64,000 nucleotides of DNA from a virus (IMGVR_UViG_3300041405_000148:89310-153309), one strand, 5' to 3'; positions 1 to 9,230 are shown, counted from the stretch's first letter. Translations and numbers: made by a program. The notes: a model not told the origin generated them from the letters alone.

Positions 1-52
1 CTATGAAAGGAAAATTGATGAGCAATCCCCTACGAAGAAAGAGTTTGTTGCA

Positions 53-256
53 ATGCTGAACAAGCTTCAACTAAAGGATGGCCCTTTGACTTGGGTTTCC
101 CCTGTGAAAGGTGACGAAGCTGTTAGGATGTACAATAAATATCTAAAAGTTATTGAGTACACCACTGAAACTGAAGCAGGAAGACGGCTTGAGTCAGGTT
201 ATTATGATTTTTACCTGACAGAAGAAGAGTTTAACTACTTCAGACAAAGTTTATGA
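53..256 (+). CDS. hypothetical protein (67 aa)
   Basis: Intact ORF. An intrinsic terminator follows immediately. Confidence 0.5.
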   Translation: MLNKLQLKDGPLTWVSPVKGDEAVRMYNKYLKVIEYTTETEAGRRLESGYYDFYLTEEEFNYFRQSL

Positions 257-260
257 GATG

Positions 261-285
261 AAGCCACCTTCGGGTGGCTTTTTTG
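261..285 (+). terminator. rho-independent terminator
   Basis: Stem aagccacc / ggtggctt with loop ttcg, followed by a T6 tract. Confidence 0.7.
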
Positions 286-518
286 TGCTTGCAACTCACC
301 TAACAATTGAGTATACTGTGTGAAACCTTAAAAGGAGGAAATTAAATTGGCTATTGATGTAGTTGGAGAATTGATAGGGGCAGTTCTGGATGGACTTGCA
401 GAGTTTGCTTTCCGTGGAGCACGTGGTTGGGATTTATTTTTCCGTATTGTGATTGTTTTTGTTTTGATACCTGCTATTATTGCAGGACTTTATTGTTGGT
501 TAACATAAGGGGTAATGG

Positions 519-899
519 ATGAAAATTAATAATTATGAAGTTGAACAAACGATCATTGAAGAAACCGGTATAACATGCTACTCTTACTTTGCTTGCACTT
601 GTGAAGAGGAAGATAAAAAGTTTTGGGGAGAAGCTTTAACTAACTACTCAAAAGGTACAGAAGTAGATATTGACTCAGTACTTATTATGGATCTGACTCA
701 CACTTACCATGCAGGTGTTACAGGTATTGGTTGTGATATGTGGTTTGGAATAAGTATTAGTGCAGGTTATGGCTCTTTTGTTGGCAGTAAATTTGTTTAT
801 GATAAAGAGTGTGAGCTTTATATCCAGTGTGATGAACTTTCACACGGATTGCTTGCAGCTGTGATGATCCTTAAAGACCTTGGTTATGATGAAGAGTAA
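519..899 (+). CDS. hypothetical protein (126 aa)
   Basis: ORF preceded by a GGGG/AAGG ribosome-binding site. No recognisable motif. Confidence 0.5.
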   Translation: MKINNYEVEQTIIEETGITCYSYFACTCEEEDKKFWGEALTNYSKGTEVDIDSVLIMDLTHTYHAGVTGIGCDMWFGISISAGYGSFVGSKFVYDKECELYIQCDELSHGLLAAVMILKDLGYDEE

Positions 900-902
900 A
901 AC

Positions 903-1184
903 ATGAGTCCATTTTACAAAATTTTTAAATGGAAACCTTGGACAATCACATCTAATTATGATAAAGATAATGAATGTCAAAGATGTCCTAAGTGTGGGTC
1001 TACAAGCTTCATCACAACTGTCACAGATACTGTTGCTAATAACGCATCAGAGGTTGACACTCATTGTGCTGAGTGTGGTGAATATGTAAATTACTGGGCA
1101 TATGGAAGTTTTCATCCTTCCTTTAAGATGTGGGATAGAAGCTTTCAGATGTGGCTTGTGAGGTTAGGAAATTTTGGAAGTTAA
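903..1184 (+). CDS. Zn-ribbon protein (93 aa)
   Basis: Two CxxC pairs (CPKCGS...CAECG). Confidence 0.5.
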   Translation: MSPFYKIFKWKPWTITSNYDKDNECQRCPKCGSTSFITTVTDTVANNASEVDTHCAECGEYVNYWAYGSFHPSFKMWDRSFQMWLVRLGNFGS

Positions 1185-1187
1185 TTT

Positions 1188-1574
1188 GTGGAGGTAACTT
1201 TGGAGCTTAAGATTATTGAGAGTGAATCAGATGGTATCTCTGAAGATGGTTTGATATCACTGTTGTCCACAGGTAGTTGCGATATAATTAGTAAACCTGT
1301 GCCAGACAAAGCCCTTGCTTTACAAGCACTGGATTTTTGGGTTGAGGAATGGTGGATACGTGGTGTTGAAATTCTTTCTGCTGAACTACATACTAACTTT
1401 GATCCAGAAGATGGTGTTTGGTTTTTTACAATTGAGTTGACATGTGAAAATAGTGAAGACATAGACTCTTTCCTTGACAAAGAGTTCAACATCTTTGATG
1501 CTATGGTGGAGAACTCTTCATGTGAAACATGGTGGAGAGATTATAGTGTTTCAACTAAAAGGGTTGGAGATTAA
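1188..1574 (+). CDS. hypothetical acidic protein (128 aa)
   Basis: ORF with a GTG or TTG start after GGAGG. Confidence 0.4.
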   Translation: MEVTLELKIIESESDGISEDGLISLLSTGSCDIISKPVPDKALALQALDFWVEEWWIRGVEILSAELHTNFDPEDGVWFFTIELTCENSEDIDSFLDKEFNIFDAMVENSSCETWWRDYSVSTKRVGD

Positions 1575-1780
1575 ATGAATACATTTGTACTTATTTTCTG
1601 GTTATACCAACCACCAGGTTTTGGGGAAACATTTCCTTCTCAAATAGAAGTCACTAAAGTAGAACAACTGGATGAAAAGACTTGTAATAAATCTTTATCT
1701 TTAATATTGAACAAGGTTTCAAAGAGTAAAGTGATTACTGCTGAGGGTATCTGTATACCCATCAATTATGAGAGGCCTAT

Positions 1781-2086
1781 ATGGAAATAACAATAAGACT
1801 TGGAGGCAGGGAATTTATCTTTAAGGATGTAACTCTTCAAGAGAGTTTTCAAATTTGTGAGAAGTTTATCCAGAAAGAAGAAGAAGAAGAAGTGCATAAA
1901 CCACAGGATTTCAAAATTTATAAAATTGGTTCGCCAGTCCTCAATTTTGTAAGCCTTGCAACTGGGGTTGTCTTAGATGAGTATGCATCTTCTATTCACC
2001 TTACTAGACTTTACAGTGAAAATGATATAGAATTTAGGGAAAGGATTTTAAACAAACTTTGTGAATTGACACAACAAGGAAGTTAA
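1781..2086 (+). CDS. hypothetical protein (101 aa)
   Basis: ORF. Confidence 0.45.
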   Translation: MEITIRLGGREFIFKDVTLQESFQICEKFIQKEEEEEVHKPQDFKIYKIGSPVLNFVSLATGVVLDEYASSIHLTRLYSENDIEFRERILNKLCELTQQGS

Positions 2087-2301
2087 ACATGAAAGTAAAA
2101 GAATTTAAGGGGAGTTTATGATCACAATTGAAGAATTACTTGAGTTGCCAGCTGGCACAGTTATTTACGTAGCAGCACCCGCTAATCAAGGGCTTATGGA
2201 CTTTATTCTTCTTGCTATGAAAGTAGATGATGGCTTTGTTCAACGTGGTCGGATTCACGGCGCGGGTAAACCTGATTATGTTTACCATAAGAGGTGTAAG
2301 G

Positions 2302-2547
2302 ATGAGTGAAACACAGTCACAATTTATTGAGCCTAAGAGGAAATTCAGAAAAACAGGCCCAAATCCGGTTTTGTATCATTTGGTGACAGAGCATTTCGAC
2401 TGTGGTGAACTTATCTTTACCTACAAGTACTGGTCTAAACGTTGGCAATGCTGGATGTATGAAACTAAAACTGCAAAAGAGTATGATTATATTTGGAAGC
2501 TGGAGAAGGAATTTTTGCCTGAGGTCAGTTCCAAAAGTTCAGAATGA
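2302..2547 (+). CDS. hypothetical protein (81 aa)
   Basis: ATG at 2302 after an AGGTG ribosome-binding site. The track ORF 2227-2547 overlaps the upstream gene. Confidence 0.45.
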   Translation: MSETQSQFIEPKRKFRKTGPNPVLYHLVTEHFDCGELIFTYKYWSKRWQCWMYETKTAKEYDYIWKLEKEFLPEVSSKSSE

Positions 2548-2631
2548 TTTAGCTTAAAGAACTATAGACAAACTCGATTTGAAGTATTATACTATTTGTA
2601 AGTAACATAACCCTAAAACAGGAGAAGAAAA

Positions 2632-3189
2632 ATGTCTATTCAAGAAAGAAATCGTGGCGGTGAAGGTGAACGTAATACCTACCAGAGGAAAAATATTTCT
2701 GAACGTGAAATAACAGGTCTATTAGTCAGTAACTTTATGACGATGTTAGAAGACTCGTTAACCACGGGAGTCAACCTGAGCTTTGAAAGTTCTGTTGTTA
2801 TTCAGCATCTTCATGACGATAGAGTACAGTGTGCATACCTCACTAATTTCTATCCTTTAGATGTTGAATTGGAGGTAGAAGAGCAGAAGGAAGTCATTCG
2901 CACCATGAGTTATGGTGGTTACAGTGGATTACCTGCTGTAATAAAAGAAATGCTGAGAGAGCAAGTCAAGAACATAGTAGAAGAAGTCGAGAGAGTTAAA
3001 CGTTTTCATCCAGACACTGAAGTAACAGTTTATTTCTCTCCTGCTGATACTCTTGACCATTGTGGCACAGTTGCTAAACCAATCTACGGTTGGATTATTT
3101 TTGGAGAAAAGTCTTACTTCCAATCTGAGTGTAGTTTTGTTGTCATCCCTCATGATGAAAGTAGTCGTGCATACATGAGTAAAGACTAA
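2632..3189 (+). CDS. hypothetical protein (185 aa)
   Basis: ORF preceded by an AGGAGAAG ribosome-binding site. Confidence 0.55.
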   Translation: MSIQERNRGGEGERNTYQRKNISEREITGLLVSNFMTMLEDSLTTGVNLSFESSVVIQHLHDDRVQCAYLTNFYPLDVELEVEEQKEVIRTMSYGGYSGLPAVIKEMLREQVKNIVEEVERVKRFHPDTEVTVYFSPADTLDHCGTVAKPIYGWIIFGEKSYFQSECSFVVIPHDESSRAYMSKD

Positions 3190-3238
3190 CTTTTGAAGAT
3201 CAACAATTGGCAACTTCGGTTGCCATTTACCTTGTAGG

Positions 3239-3667
3239 GTGATTATGGAAATTGAAATGAAAAGTGAATTTGAATTAAATGGTGAACAGTTCCCCATTGC
3301 AACTAATTTCCCTGCTTTAGATGAGAGAACATTACTTTGGGTGTCTTCGGGTGTCTATTTTGGTTATCCTAAAAGGGATATAATTTCTTTCTGTCAAATG
3401 TGCATAGGAAAGAGAGAACAAACATTGACGGAAGTCCTTTCTGGCACAGGTTATGTGCCGTATGATATTTTCCCAGATAAGAATAAGTTAATTGAAGAGA
3501 TAAATAAAAATCGTTACAACAAAGAGCCATTTAATGAGAAAGATACAAAAGCTAACTACTCTACCCTTGTAGAAAAAGCAAGGTATGACCAAAATATTAT
3601 AAAAACTTTACTCAGTAAGGATGAAGGTTTTATTAAAAAGGTCTATGAAATTCTAATAGCTTTTTGA
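3239..3667 (+). CDS. hypothetical protein (142 aa)
   Basis: ORF. Confidence 0.5.
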   Translation: MIMEIEMKSEFELNGEQFPIATNFPALDERTLLWVSSGVYFGYPKRDIISFCQMCIGKREQTLTEVLSGTGYVPYDIFPDKNKLIEEINKNRYNKEPFNEKDTKANYSTLVEKARYDQNIIKTLLSKDEGFIKKVYEILIAF

Positions 3668-3814
3668 TTAAAAGGAGACAAAATGTTAATTTACAATAAA
3701 GATGGTTATCAGGTGGTTCAACATCCGCACCTTCAGTATTTCCACATTAATAAGTGGTCTGGTTACAGTTATTTTATTGACCGGAGCTTAACGAAAACAG
3801 TTAATGGAGGTTGA

Positions 3815-4219
3815 ATGACTATTGCATACGTAGCACATGTAGCTGATGAGAGAGAGCATGATGAAATAACAAAAGCCAACATGGCACAAGATGATATTCA
3901 TTTTCTTACAGATTTCAGGATGGGTGACTATTATGATGAACAGATTTGTGGTATGGATTACCAAGGTGTGATCATCTCAGACCAGGCAAGAATTAGCGAA
4001 AGTAGTTTACTTTATCTTTTAAGTAGAGTTAGGAATGAAGGTGAACTTTTTGTCCAATTAGGTGATTACCATAAAGACCTGATGGAGAGGTTTTATACAA
4101 ATCAGTGGATAGGTAATAATCTAGCATGGAGTAAATATCTTTCAGAGGAGGAAATGATAGAACTCAGAAATTGGGATCGGAAATTTTGTCTAATTCTTGG
4201 GATAACCCCTACCTTTTAA
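3815..4219 (+). CDS. hypothetical protein (134 aa)
   Basis: ORF preceded by a GGAGG ribosome-binding site. Confidence 0.5.
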   Translation: MTIAYVAHVADEREHDEITKANMAQDDIHFLTDFRMGDYYDEQICGMDYQGVIISDQARISESSLLYLLSRVRNEGELFVQLGDYHKDLMERFYTNQWIGNNLAWSKYLSEEEMIELRNWDRKFCLILGITPTF

Positions 4220-4228
4220 GGAGTAATA

Positions 4229-4843
4229 ATGGCAGGTGATTTAATTGTTATTAGCTTCAGGGATAAAGTTCCTGAAGGTTATAAGGTGATCAATACCACC
4301 AGCAGGGACACAGAGCACTATGGCAAAGGTCTTAGTCCTTTCTACCTGCGAGACATCCCTTTATACGGCGGTCGGATCTCAAAGAACATGGAGAACGCAT
4401 GGCAGTATTCTAAGGTGTATGAATGTCATGTGGATGACCAAGGTTGTCCAACTGAGGAATACTTTCAGTGGGCAACTGCGGGCTGGTCAAGCTGGAAAGC
4501 TGACAGGTATCCTATGGGTAAAGGTGCTAAGCCTTTATATAGTTACTGGGATGGAAAGAAACTGGATTACATTGAAGCACGTAAGCAACTCTACTTCCCA
4601 ATGTATGCGAAAGCTGTCAGAAAGTCACCTGTGTTTCAGGAGATAAAAGATCTACTCTCATCTGGGATTAATGTCGCACTGAAAGATTTTGATGGATACA
4701 ACCATAGACAACTTGGCATGAGTTTTTATGATGTGATTAACAATACTGAAAAGAAATGTGGACATGCATTTGTGATCTATGGTTTACTAACAGGTGAGTT
4801 AGTTGTCCATAAAGATAGCACATACATAAAGTTGATAGCATAG
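4229..4843 (+). CDS. NADAR (YbiA-like) domain protein, a putative ADP-ribose/N-glycoside processing enzyme
   Basis: LSPFY...ENAWQYSK...HAFVIYG matches the NADAR pattern (fLSNFy...EhafQ.K). Confidence 0.5.
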   Translation: MAGDLIVISFRDKVPEGYKVINTTSRDTEHYGKGLSPFYLRDIPLYGGRISKNMENAWQYSKVYECHVDDQGCPTEEYFQWATAGWSSWKADRYPMGKGAKPLYSYWDGKKLDYIEARKQLYFPMYAKAVRKSPVFQEIKDLLSSGINVALKDFDGYNHRQLGMSFYDVINNTEKKCGHAFVIYGLLTGELVVHKDSTYIKLIA

Positions 4844-4851
4844 GAGGTAGA

Positions 4852-5100
4852 ATGTTTTATCCAGAGTTAGTTACAAGGTACATGCAGATGCTATTAAACA
4901 ATGAACGTTTCTATCTTGACAAGTTTGACAACACTGACCACCTGATTTGGATGCTTAATGAACTCAGCAACAATCAGCAGCAATCCTTAACCAAGAAGCA
5001 TAGGTGGTTAGGTTACATCCAGCACAGCTTAATTGCTGTAGGGTTTACAGATGTAATGACTGAAAGAGACTACACAAGAGACCTGTTTAAGGGTGACTAA
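4852..5100 (+). CDS. hypothetical protein (82 aa)
   Basis: ORF preceded by a GGAGG ribosome-binding site. Confidence 0.5.
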   Translation: MFYPELVTRYMQMLLNNERFYLDKFDNTDHLIWMLNELSNNQQQSLTKKHRWLGYIQHSLIAVGFTDVMTERDYTRDLFKGD

Positions 5101-5123
5101 ACTAATTTTATTGAGGAGTTATA

Positions 5124-5558
5124 ATGAATAAAGTTAACACTGAGAAGTACACAGAATCGTTTGAACAATGGTTCAGAGATGTTGAAGCAGGGGATGATCC
5201 TAACTGGTCCTCACCTCCGTACCTGTCAGAAGAATGGTATCAATACCTTTCTCGTAGAGAGTTAGCGTTGGGTGCATGGACCAAAGCTGTTGAGGTTGCA
5301 CTATCCATACTGGAGCAGCTGGAGCGGGGTGGTGACTGGATTGAGTGCAGTGACAGGTTACCGCCAGACGAAACGGCGGTCTTAGTTAACTTCAATGGCG
5401 AGCCGAGAATTGGCGAACTCCGCTGGGATCATCCAACACATGAAGAATCTTATAAATCATTTCGGTATTGGGATTGCCCGTACAACGACGGGCAGCCTTG
5501 GGAGGTTTTCGATATCACACACTGGCAACCACTACCGGCACCGCCGGAAGGTGAATAA
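5124..5558 (+). CDS. DUF551-like phage protein
   Basis: C-terminal WIECSDRLPPDETAVLV motif characteristic of phage DUF551. Confidence 0.4.
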   Translation: MNKVNTEKYTESFEQWFRDVEAGDDPNWSSPPYLSEEWYQYLSRRELALGAWTKAVEVALSILEQLERGGDWIECSDRLPPDETAVLVNFNGEPRIGELRWDHPTHEESYKSFRYWDCPYNDGQPWEVFDITHWQPLPAPPEGE

Positions 5559-5561
5559 TCA

Positions 5562-5837
5562 ATGAAAGAAACTTTGCCCGCAGCATACAGGTTAGATGAT
5601 GAGTCTGTATGGGATCGTGATGACGTATCTGAAATGTACCCTGAGCTTGTAGACTACTGGAAATCTAAAGGTGCCACAGACATTGTAGTTATGCCATGTG
5701 GGCCTGTGGATGAAGATGTTCTTTATATTCATGGTAAGTTTCAGGGCTATTGCAGGATGCCCTTTGAATGGAAATTAAGAGAAGATCTGACACAAGACGA
5801 GCGCCCACCGAAAGCTAAGCAGAGGAGGACTAAATGA
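5562..5837 (+). CDS. hypothetical protein (91 aa)
   Basis: ORF. Confidence 0.45.
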   Translation: MKETLPAAYRLDDESVWDRDDVSEMYPELVDYWKSKGATDIVVMPCGPVDEDVLYIHGKFQGYCRMPFEWKLREDLTQDERPPKAKQRRTK

Positions 5838-6016
5838 AAGTGTACGCTTTAATAGAATCTCGATATGATTTTTGTAATACATGGGAAACCACTTATGCCC
5901 TCTATAAATACCAGGATACAGCTGAGTGGGAAAAACTTACATTAGAGGAATCTAATCAAGATGAACAAATAACTTACCACATTAAAGTTTGGACTTTAGA
6001 TGAATCTAAAATATAA
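5834..6016 (+). CDS. hypothetical protein (60 aa)
   Basis: ORF that overlaps the upstream stop codon. Confidence 0.4.
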   Translation: MKVYALIESRYDFCNTWETTYALYKYQDTAEWEKLTLEESNQDEQITYHIKVWTLDESKI

Positions 6017-6040
6017 ACTAGGTGAAAAGGGGAGGAAATA

Positions 6041-6457
6041 ATGTACGAACTATGTGTAGCATATACCACAGGAGATTCTTTTGGCAGCCATGCTGTTGAA
6101 AAAGATGAGCTTGGTATTGTTTTTGCAACAAAAGATCTAGCTGTCCGAGGTTTGAAAGATTTAGAAGAACACTACCGATACGTTGAACTTTACGATGAGG
6201 CTTATTATGAAAATAGTCCATTAAGCAAGGGGTATCCTGAAGATAAAACAAAAGAACAAATTCGCGTAGAGGCCTTAACTAAGGCTTGGTCATATTTTGA
6301 AAATACATATTCAGATAGCTGGCAATTTTCTATGTCTTTTGAGACAGGTTTAACTGACGGACGCACTTTTATCAGTTTACCTTATATAGGTTATTTTGAG
6401 ACATTAAAACGTGCCTGGGTGGAAGAGGTTAATACACCACTTGAGGTTAGATTTTAG
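6041..6457 (+). CDS. hypothetical protein (138 aa)
   Basis: ORF preceded by a GGGGAGG ribosome-binding site. Confidence 0.5.
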   Translation: MYELCVAYTTGDSFGSHAVEKDELGIVFATKDLAVRGLKDLEEHYRYVELYDEAYYENSPLSKGYPEDKTKEQIRVEALTKAWSYFENTYSDSWQFSMSFETGLTDGRTFISLPYIGYFETLKRAWVEEVNTPLEVRF

Positions 6458-6475
6458 TTCATTAAGTTAGAGGAG

Positions 6476-6835
6476 ATGAGCACAATGCATAACTGGAAAG
6501 GTATTTTACATGTCAAGGTGACTGATGACATTAGTAAAGTTAAATTGAATTCAGTAAAGGGGCGGGATGACTATAGTATAACATTCCCTTCTTCAAAAAT
6601 CACAGATGAAGAGTTAAAGGCTCAAGCGTATTTTAGATATTATCGCACCTCCCCTGTTATGGAGTTAGCGTATGGCCCTGCTGGGTTACAGTTTGATAAG
6701 CTCTTCATTGAAGATGGTGATTATCATAAAGAGGTTTACTCTGGTGCTATACCATACCTGATAACAAGGGTGGTAGGTAAGGTAATGTGTCCTGTAGGTG
6801 TCTTATGGCACATGTTGAATTATAGTGAAGATTGA
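6476..6835 (+). CDS. hypothetical protein (119 aa)
   Basis: ORF preceded by an AGGAG ribosome-binding site. Confidence 0.5.
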   Translation: MSTMHNWKGILHVKVTDDISKVKLNSVKGRDDYSITFPSSKITDEELKAQAYFRYYRTSPVMELAYGPAGLQFDKLFIEDGDYHKEVYSGAIPYLITRVVGKVMCPVGVLWHMLNYSED

Positions 6836-6872
6836 TCGCACAATAAATCTTTGGACAGACCTATAATAAACT

Positions 6873-7100
6873 ATGGACAACTCTATGTATTGTTTGCACA
6901 TTTACGGGAGAACTCAGTTAGACATGAAAAGCGATCAGCACAATGATGGGGTAAAGACACCTCTGGAGAGGATAAAAGAGCTACGTGAGAAAGGTATAGT
7001 TTTATTCCCAAATCTGTCCATTGAAGCTAAGAGATGTTTACTTTATATTGAAGATGAACCTATCATAATAGCTGGACAGTCCCAAGAGTTTGATAACTAA
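6873..7100 (+). CDS. hypothetical protein (75 aa)
   Basis: ORF. Its start shares the motif aactATGGACaactct with the downstream terminator repeats. Confidence 0.4.
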   Translation: MDNSMYCLHIYGRTQLDMKSDQHNDGVKTPLERIKELREKGIVLFPNLSIEAKRCLLYIEDEPIIIAGQSQEFDN

Positions 7101-7104
7101 ACAA

Positions 7105-7180
7105 TGGACGACTCTGGTCGCTGACTTAGGTCAGTTAGCTTTAACAAGCTAAAGTGCTTCGCACTCCGGTCGTCCTTTTT
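7105..7180 (+). terminator. composite hairpin: a split copy of the GGACGAC...GTCGTCC terminator enclosing two internal hairpins
   Basis: ggacgactctggtcg ... ccggtcgtccttttt, with ctgacttaggtcag and ttagctttaacaagctaa palindromes in between. Confidence 0.5.
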
Positions 7181-7240
7181 ATTGTATAAAGAAATGTAGC
7201 ATGTTATGATGTGTTCACTGAAAACAGATAAGGTGACGTT

Positions 7241-7402
7241 ATGGACGGTTTCGAATTATTTTTAATTGGTCTGATAATTCTATCAGTGATGCTGTTGGTA
7301 GGTTATATCATCTCAGCATGGTTGATGAGTACAAAAGGGTATATTAGCACAAAAGATAAGGAGGATTGTTGGATACTGCTATTACTAAGCAACTTACTAT
7401 AA
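7241..7402 (+). CDS. small membrane peptide (53 aa)
   Basis: ATG ORF encoding MDGFELFLIGLIILSVMLLVGYIISAWL, a hydrophobic helix. Confidence 0.35.
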   Translation: MDGFELFLIGLIILSVMLLVGYIISAWLMSTKGYISTKDKEDCWILLLLSNLL

Positions 7403-7412
7403 AGTTAAAAAA

Positions 7413-7440
7413 CTGTGGACGACTCTGGTCGTCCTTTTTA
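7413..7440 (+). terminator. rho-independent terminator (repeat copy 2)
   Basis: GGACGAC-tctg-GTCGTCC followed by TTTTT. Confidence 0.65.
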
Positions 7441-8263
7441 TTTGCACAATAAGCAGTGGACAGATCTGATCCGCTATGTCATAATCTCTACAGGTTATGG
7501 TCACTGGATTCCGTGGGAGACATTTGTGAAATCTGAATCTGAGCACATATCTGAATTTATTGCCACTGGTAAATTCCCTGAAGGTGCTATCTTTAAAAAA
7601 TTAAGTGTCCAGGGACTTTGGCAATATACCTGCCCGATTTGTAAAGATGATGAATACTGTCTCGCAGGGTTATGTGATGGTAATTTTAAATGTAACATCA
7701 GAAGCCTTAAAAGAGGGGAGTTGCCTTGTCGTTGCTCAAAGAAAGCAAGACTTTCAGGGGAGCAGTGGACGTATAGAGTGAGAAAGGAGTGTGAGAAACG
7801 GTCTTATACTTTCCTACGTTGGACTACCGAAAAGATAGGTTCGCACCATAAGTTTGAATGTGAATGTAGAATTCATGGGAAGTTTTCTTTAGCACCTAAC
7901 ACGTTGTTGAAGGGCACTGGTTGTGCTAAATGTGTGAATGTAAATCAGACACAAGCTTATGTGAATGTGATTAAGGATGGGGAGGTTGACCTTGGGATTA
8001 AGTATGGTATAACAAATGAAACAACAATAAGGTTGCGACATCAAAATAAAAGGAATGCACTTAAAATGGTAAATTTATGTGTCTTTAAATTCCCAAATTC
8101 AGGTCTTGCCAAGTTAGCTGAATTAAACTGCAAGAAGAGGCTAGGTAAACCATTACTTAAAAGGTTAGATTTAGTAGATGGATGGACAGAAACTACACAC
8201 ATAAATAACCTGGATATTGTGATATCCACATACAAAGAGTTTGGTGGCATAGAAATGAAATAA
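7415..8263 (+). CDS. Cys-rich protein, a possible free-standing endonuclease-like gene (282 aa; the true start is probably downstream of the hairpin)
   Basis: Several CxxC/CxC clusters and an HHKFECEC motif. The gene is bracketed by near-identical terminator hairpins. Confidence 0.4.
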   Translation: MDDSGRPFYLHNKQWTDLIRYVIISTGYGHWIPWETFVKSESEHISEFIATGKFPEGAIFKKLSVQGLWQYTCPICKDDEYCLAGLCDGNFKCNIRSLKRGELPCRCSKKARLSGEQWTYRVRKECEKRSYTFLRWTTEKIGSHHKFECECRIHGKFSLAPNTLLKGTGCAKCVNVNQTQAYVNVIKDGEVDLGIKYGITNETTIRLRHQNKRNALKMVNLCVFKFPNSGLAKLAELNCKKRLGKPLLKRLDLVDGWTETTHINNLDIVISTYKEFGGIEMK

Positions 8264-8271
8264 TCAATAAA

Positions 8272-8300
8272 ACTATGGACGGCTCCGGTCGTCCCTTTTT
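8272..8300 (+). terminator. rho-independent terminator (repeat copy 3)
   Basis: aactATGGACGGCtccgGTCGTCCCTTTTT. Confidence 0.65.
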
Positions 8301-8400
8301 CTTATAAATACTCCTTGCTTTGGACAGCTCTAAAGTGTATATTATACTCAATGAGGAACGCCGAAACTCGAATCCAAGACACTAGGGTTGTTTTGCAACT

Positions 8401-8418
8401 GAGATGAGAATTCATCTC
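8401..8418. repeat. palindrome gagatga-gaat-tcatctc (member of the GAATGA-N3-TCATTC family)
   Basis: Perfect 7-bp arms. Confidence 0.5.
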
Positions 8419-8874
8419 ATTATCAATTTTTAAACGGGCATTAGAAGCCCTGAAATTGATAACCTGACACCAAACCTGCCCACAGTTTACTTATACCATT
8501 TTGCAGATAAATCTTATAGAATTCTCTCAGGATATTATAATAATAAACCTGTATTTTCCCAATAATAACCCCTCCCCCGCAAAACAGACCCTAAAACAGG
8601 GTATGCCTTCCCAAAATATCCTCCAAGAAAATATCTAACATACTGATCTATTTAATCTTTTATCTTTTCCTCCCATACATTTCCTCCCCAAATTATAGCT
8701 AAATTTGTGTTTACCCCTTTCCCATATTTTACTGTCGCAATGTCTTGGGTGCTAAGCGCCGCCGATCCCCAGTCCTAGGCCAATCACAGAAATCCCAAAA
8801 TATCAAGAGAAAATAAAAATAAATATATCGCTTGACTTTCAGAACTGGCATGGTTTTTGCTGGAGGACAGCTTT

Positions 8875-8889
8875 GAATGAGAATCATTC
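8875..8889. repeat. palindrome GAATGA-gaa-TCATTC
   Basis: The same motif recurs four times at 22360-22475. Confidence 0.55.
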
Positions 8890-9059
8890 GCAACTACTTG
8901 AAAAGTAACAGCTAAACGACCGTTTACTAACTGTAACTCAGGTGAACCCGTGTCGATCTGTTAGTTAGTGAACAGTGAAACTATCACATCATGAACTCTT
9001 TCCGCTGAATACGAATCAATCTTATTACCATTAACATTTGCTTTCGCATCCGCCCAACT

Positions 9060-9076
9060 GAGAATGATTAGCATTC
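9060..9076. repeat. degenerate GAGAATGATTAGCATTC site
   Basis: Family member. Related sites also occur at 9011 and 22401. Confidence 0.4.
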
Positions 9077-9230
9077 CCATTTGTGCTGACTGAAAAATTT
9101 TTAAGAAAAACTTGACAAAGGGATAAAAATTTGCCTGACAATCTCACGTTATCCGTTCGATTTGCGACCAAATTTTAAAGGTGATAAACTAATTTACTGT
9201 TGACCGCAAAGCGGTTTAAGCTTTGCTTAA

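Noticed and set aside
1181-1492. 103-aa minus-strand ORF (also 2929-3297, 7501-7698, 8041-8250, 27667-27963, 28574-28822, 29830-30123 and similar antisense ORFs in the + blocks)
   Set aside because: Antisense to well-supported same-strand genes with ribosome-binding sites. The compositions are Ser/Leu-rich and typical of non-coding frames.
4320-4646. 108-aa ORF in an alternative frame
   Set aside because: Lies entirely within the NADAR gene (4229-4843) in another frame, with no ribosome-binding site. Likely spurious.
8340-8420. Possible tRNA gene (TCGAATCC T-loop-like string at about 8358)
   Set aside because: No acceptor stem or anticodon arm can be formed around it, and no CCA-adjacent pairing. 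The string occurs in isolation.
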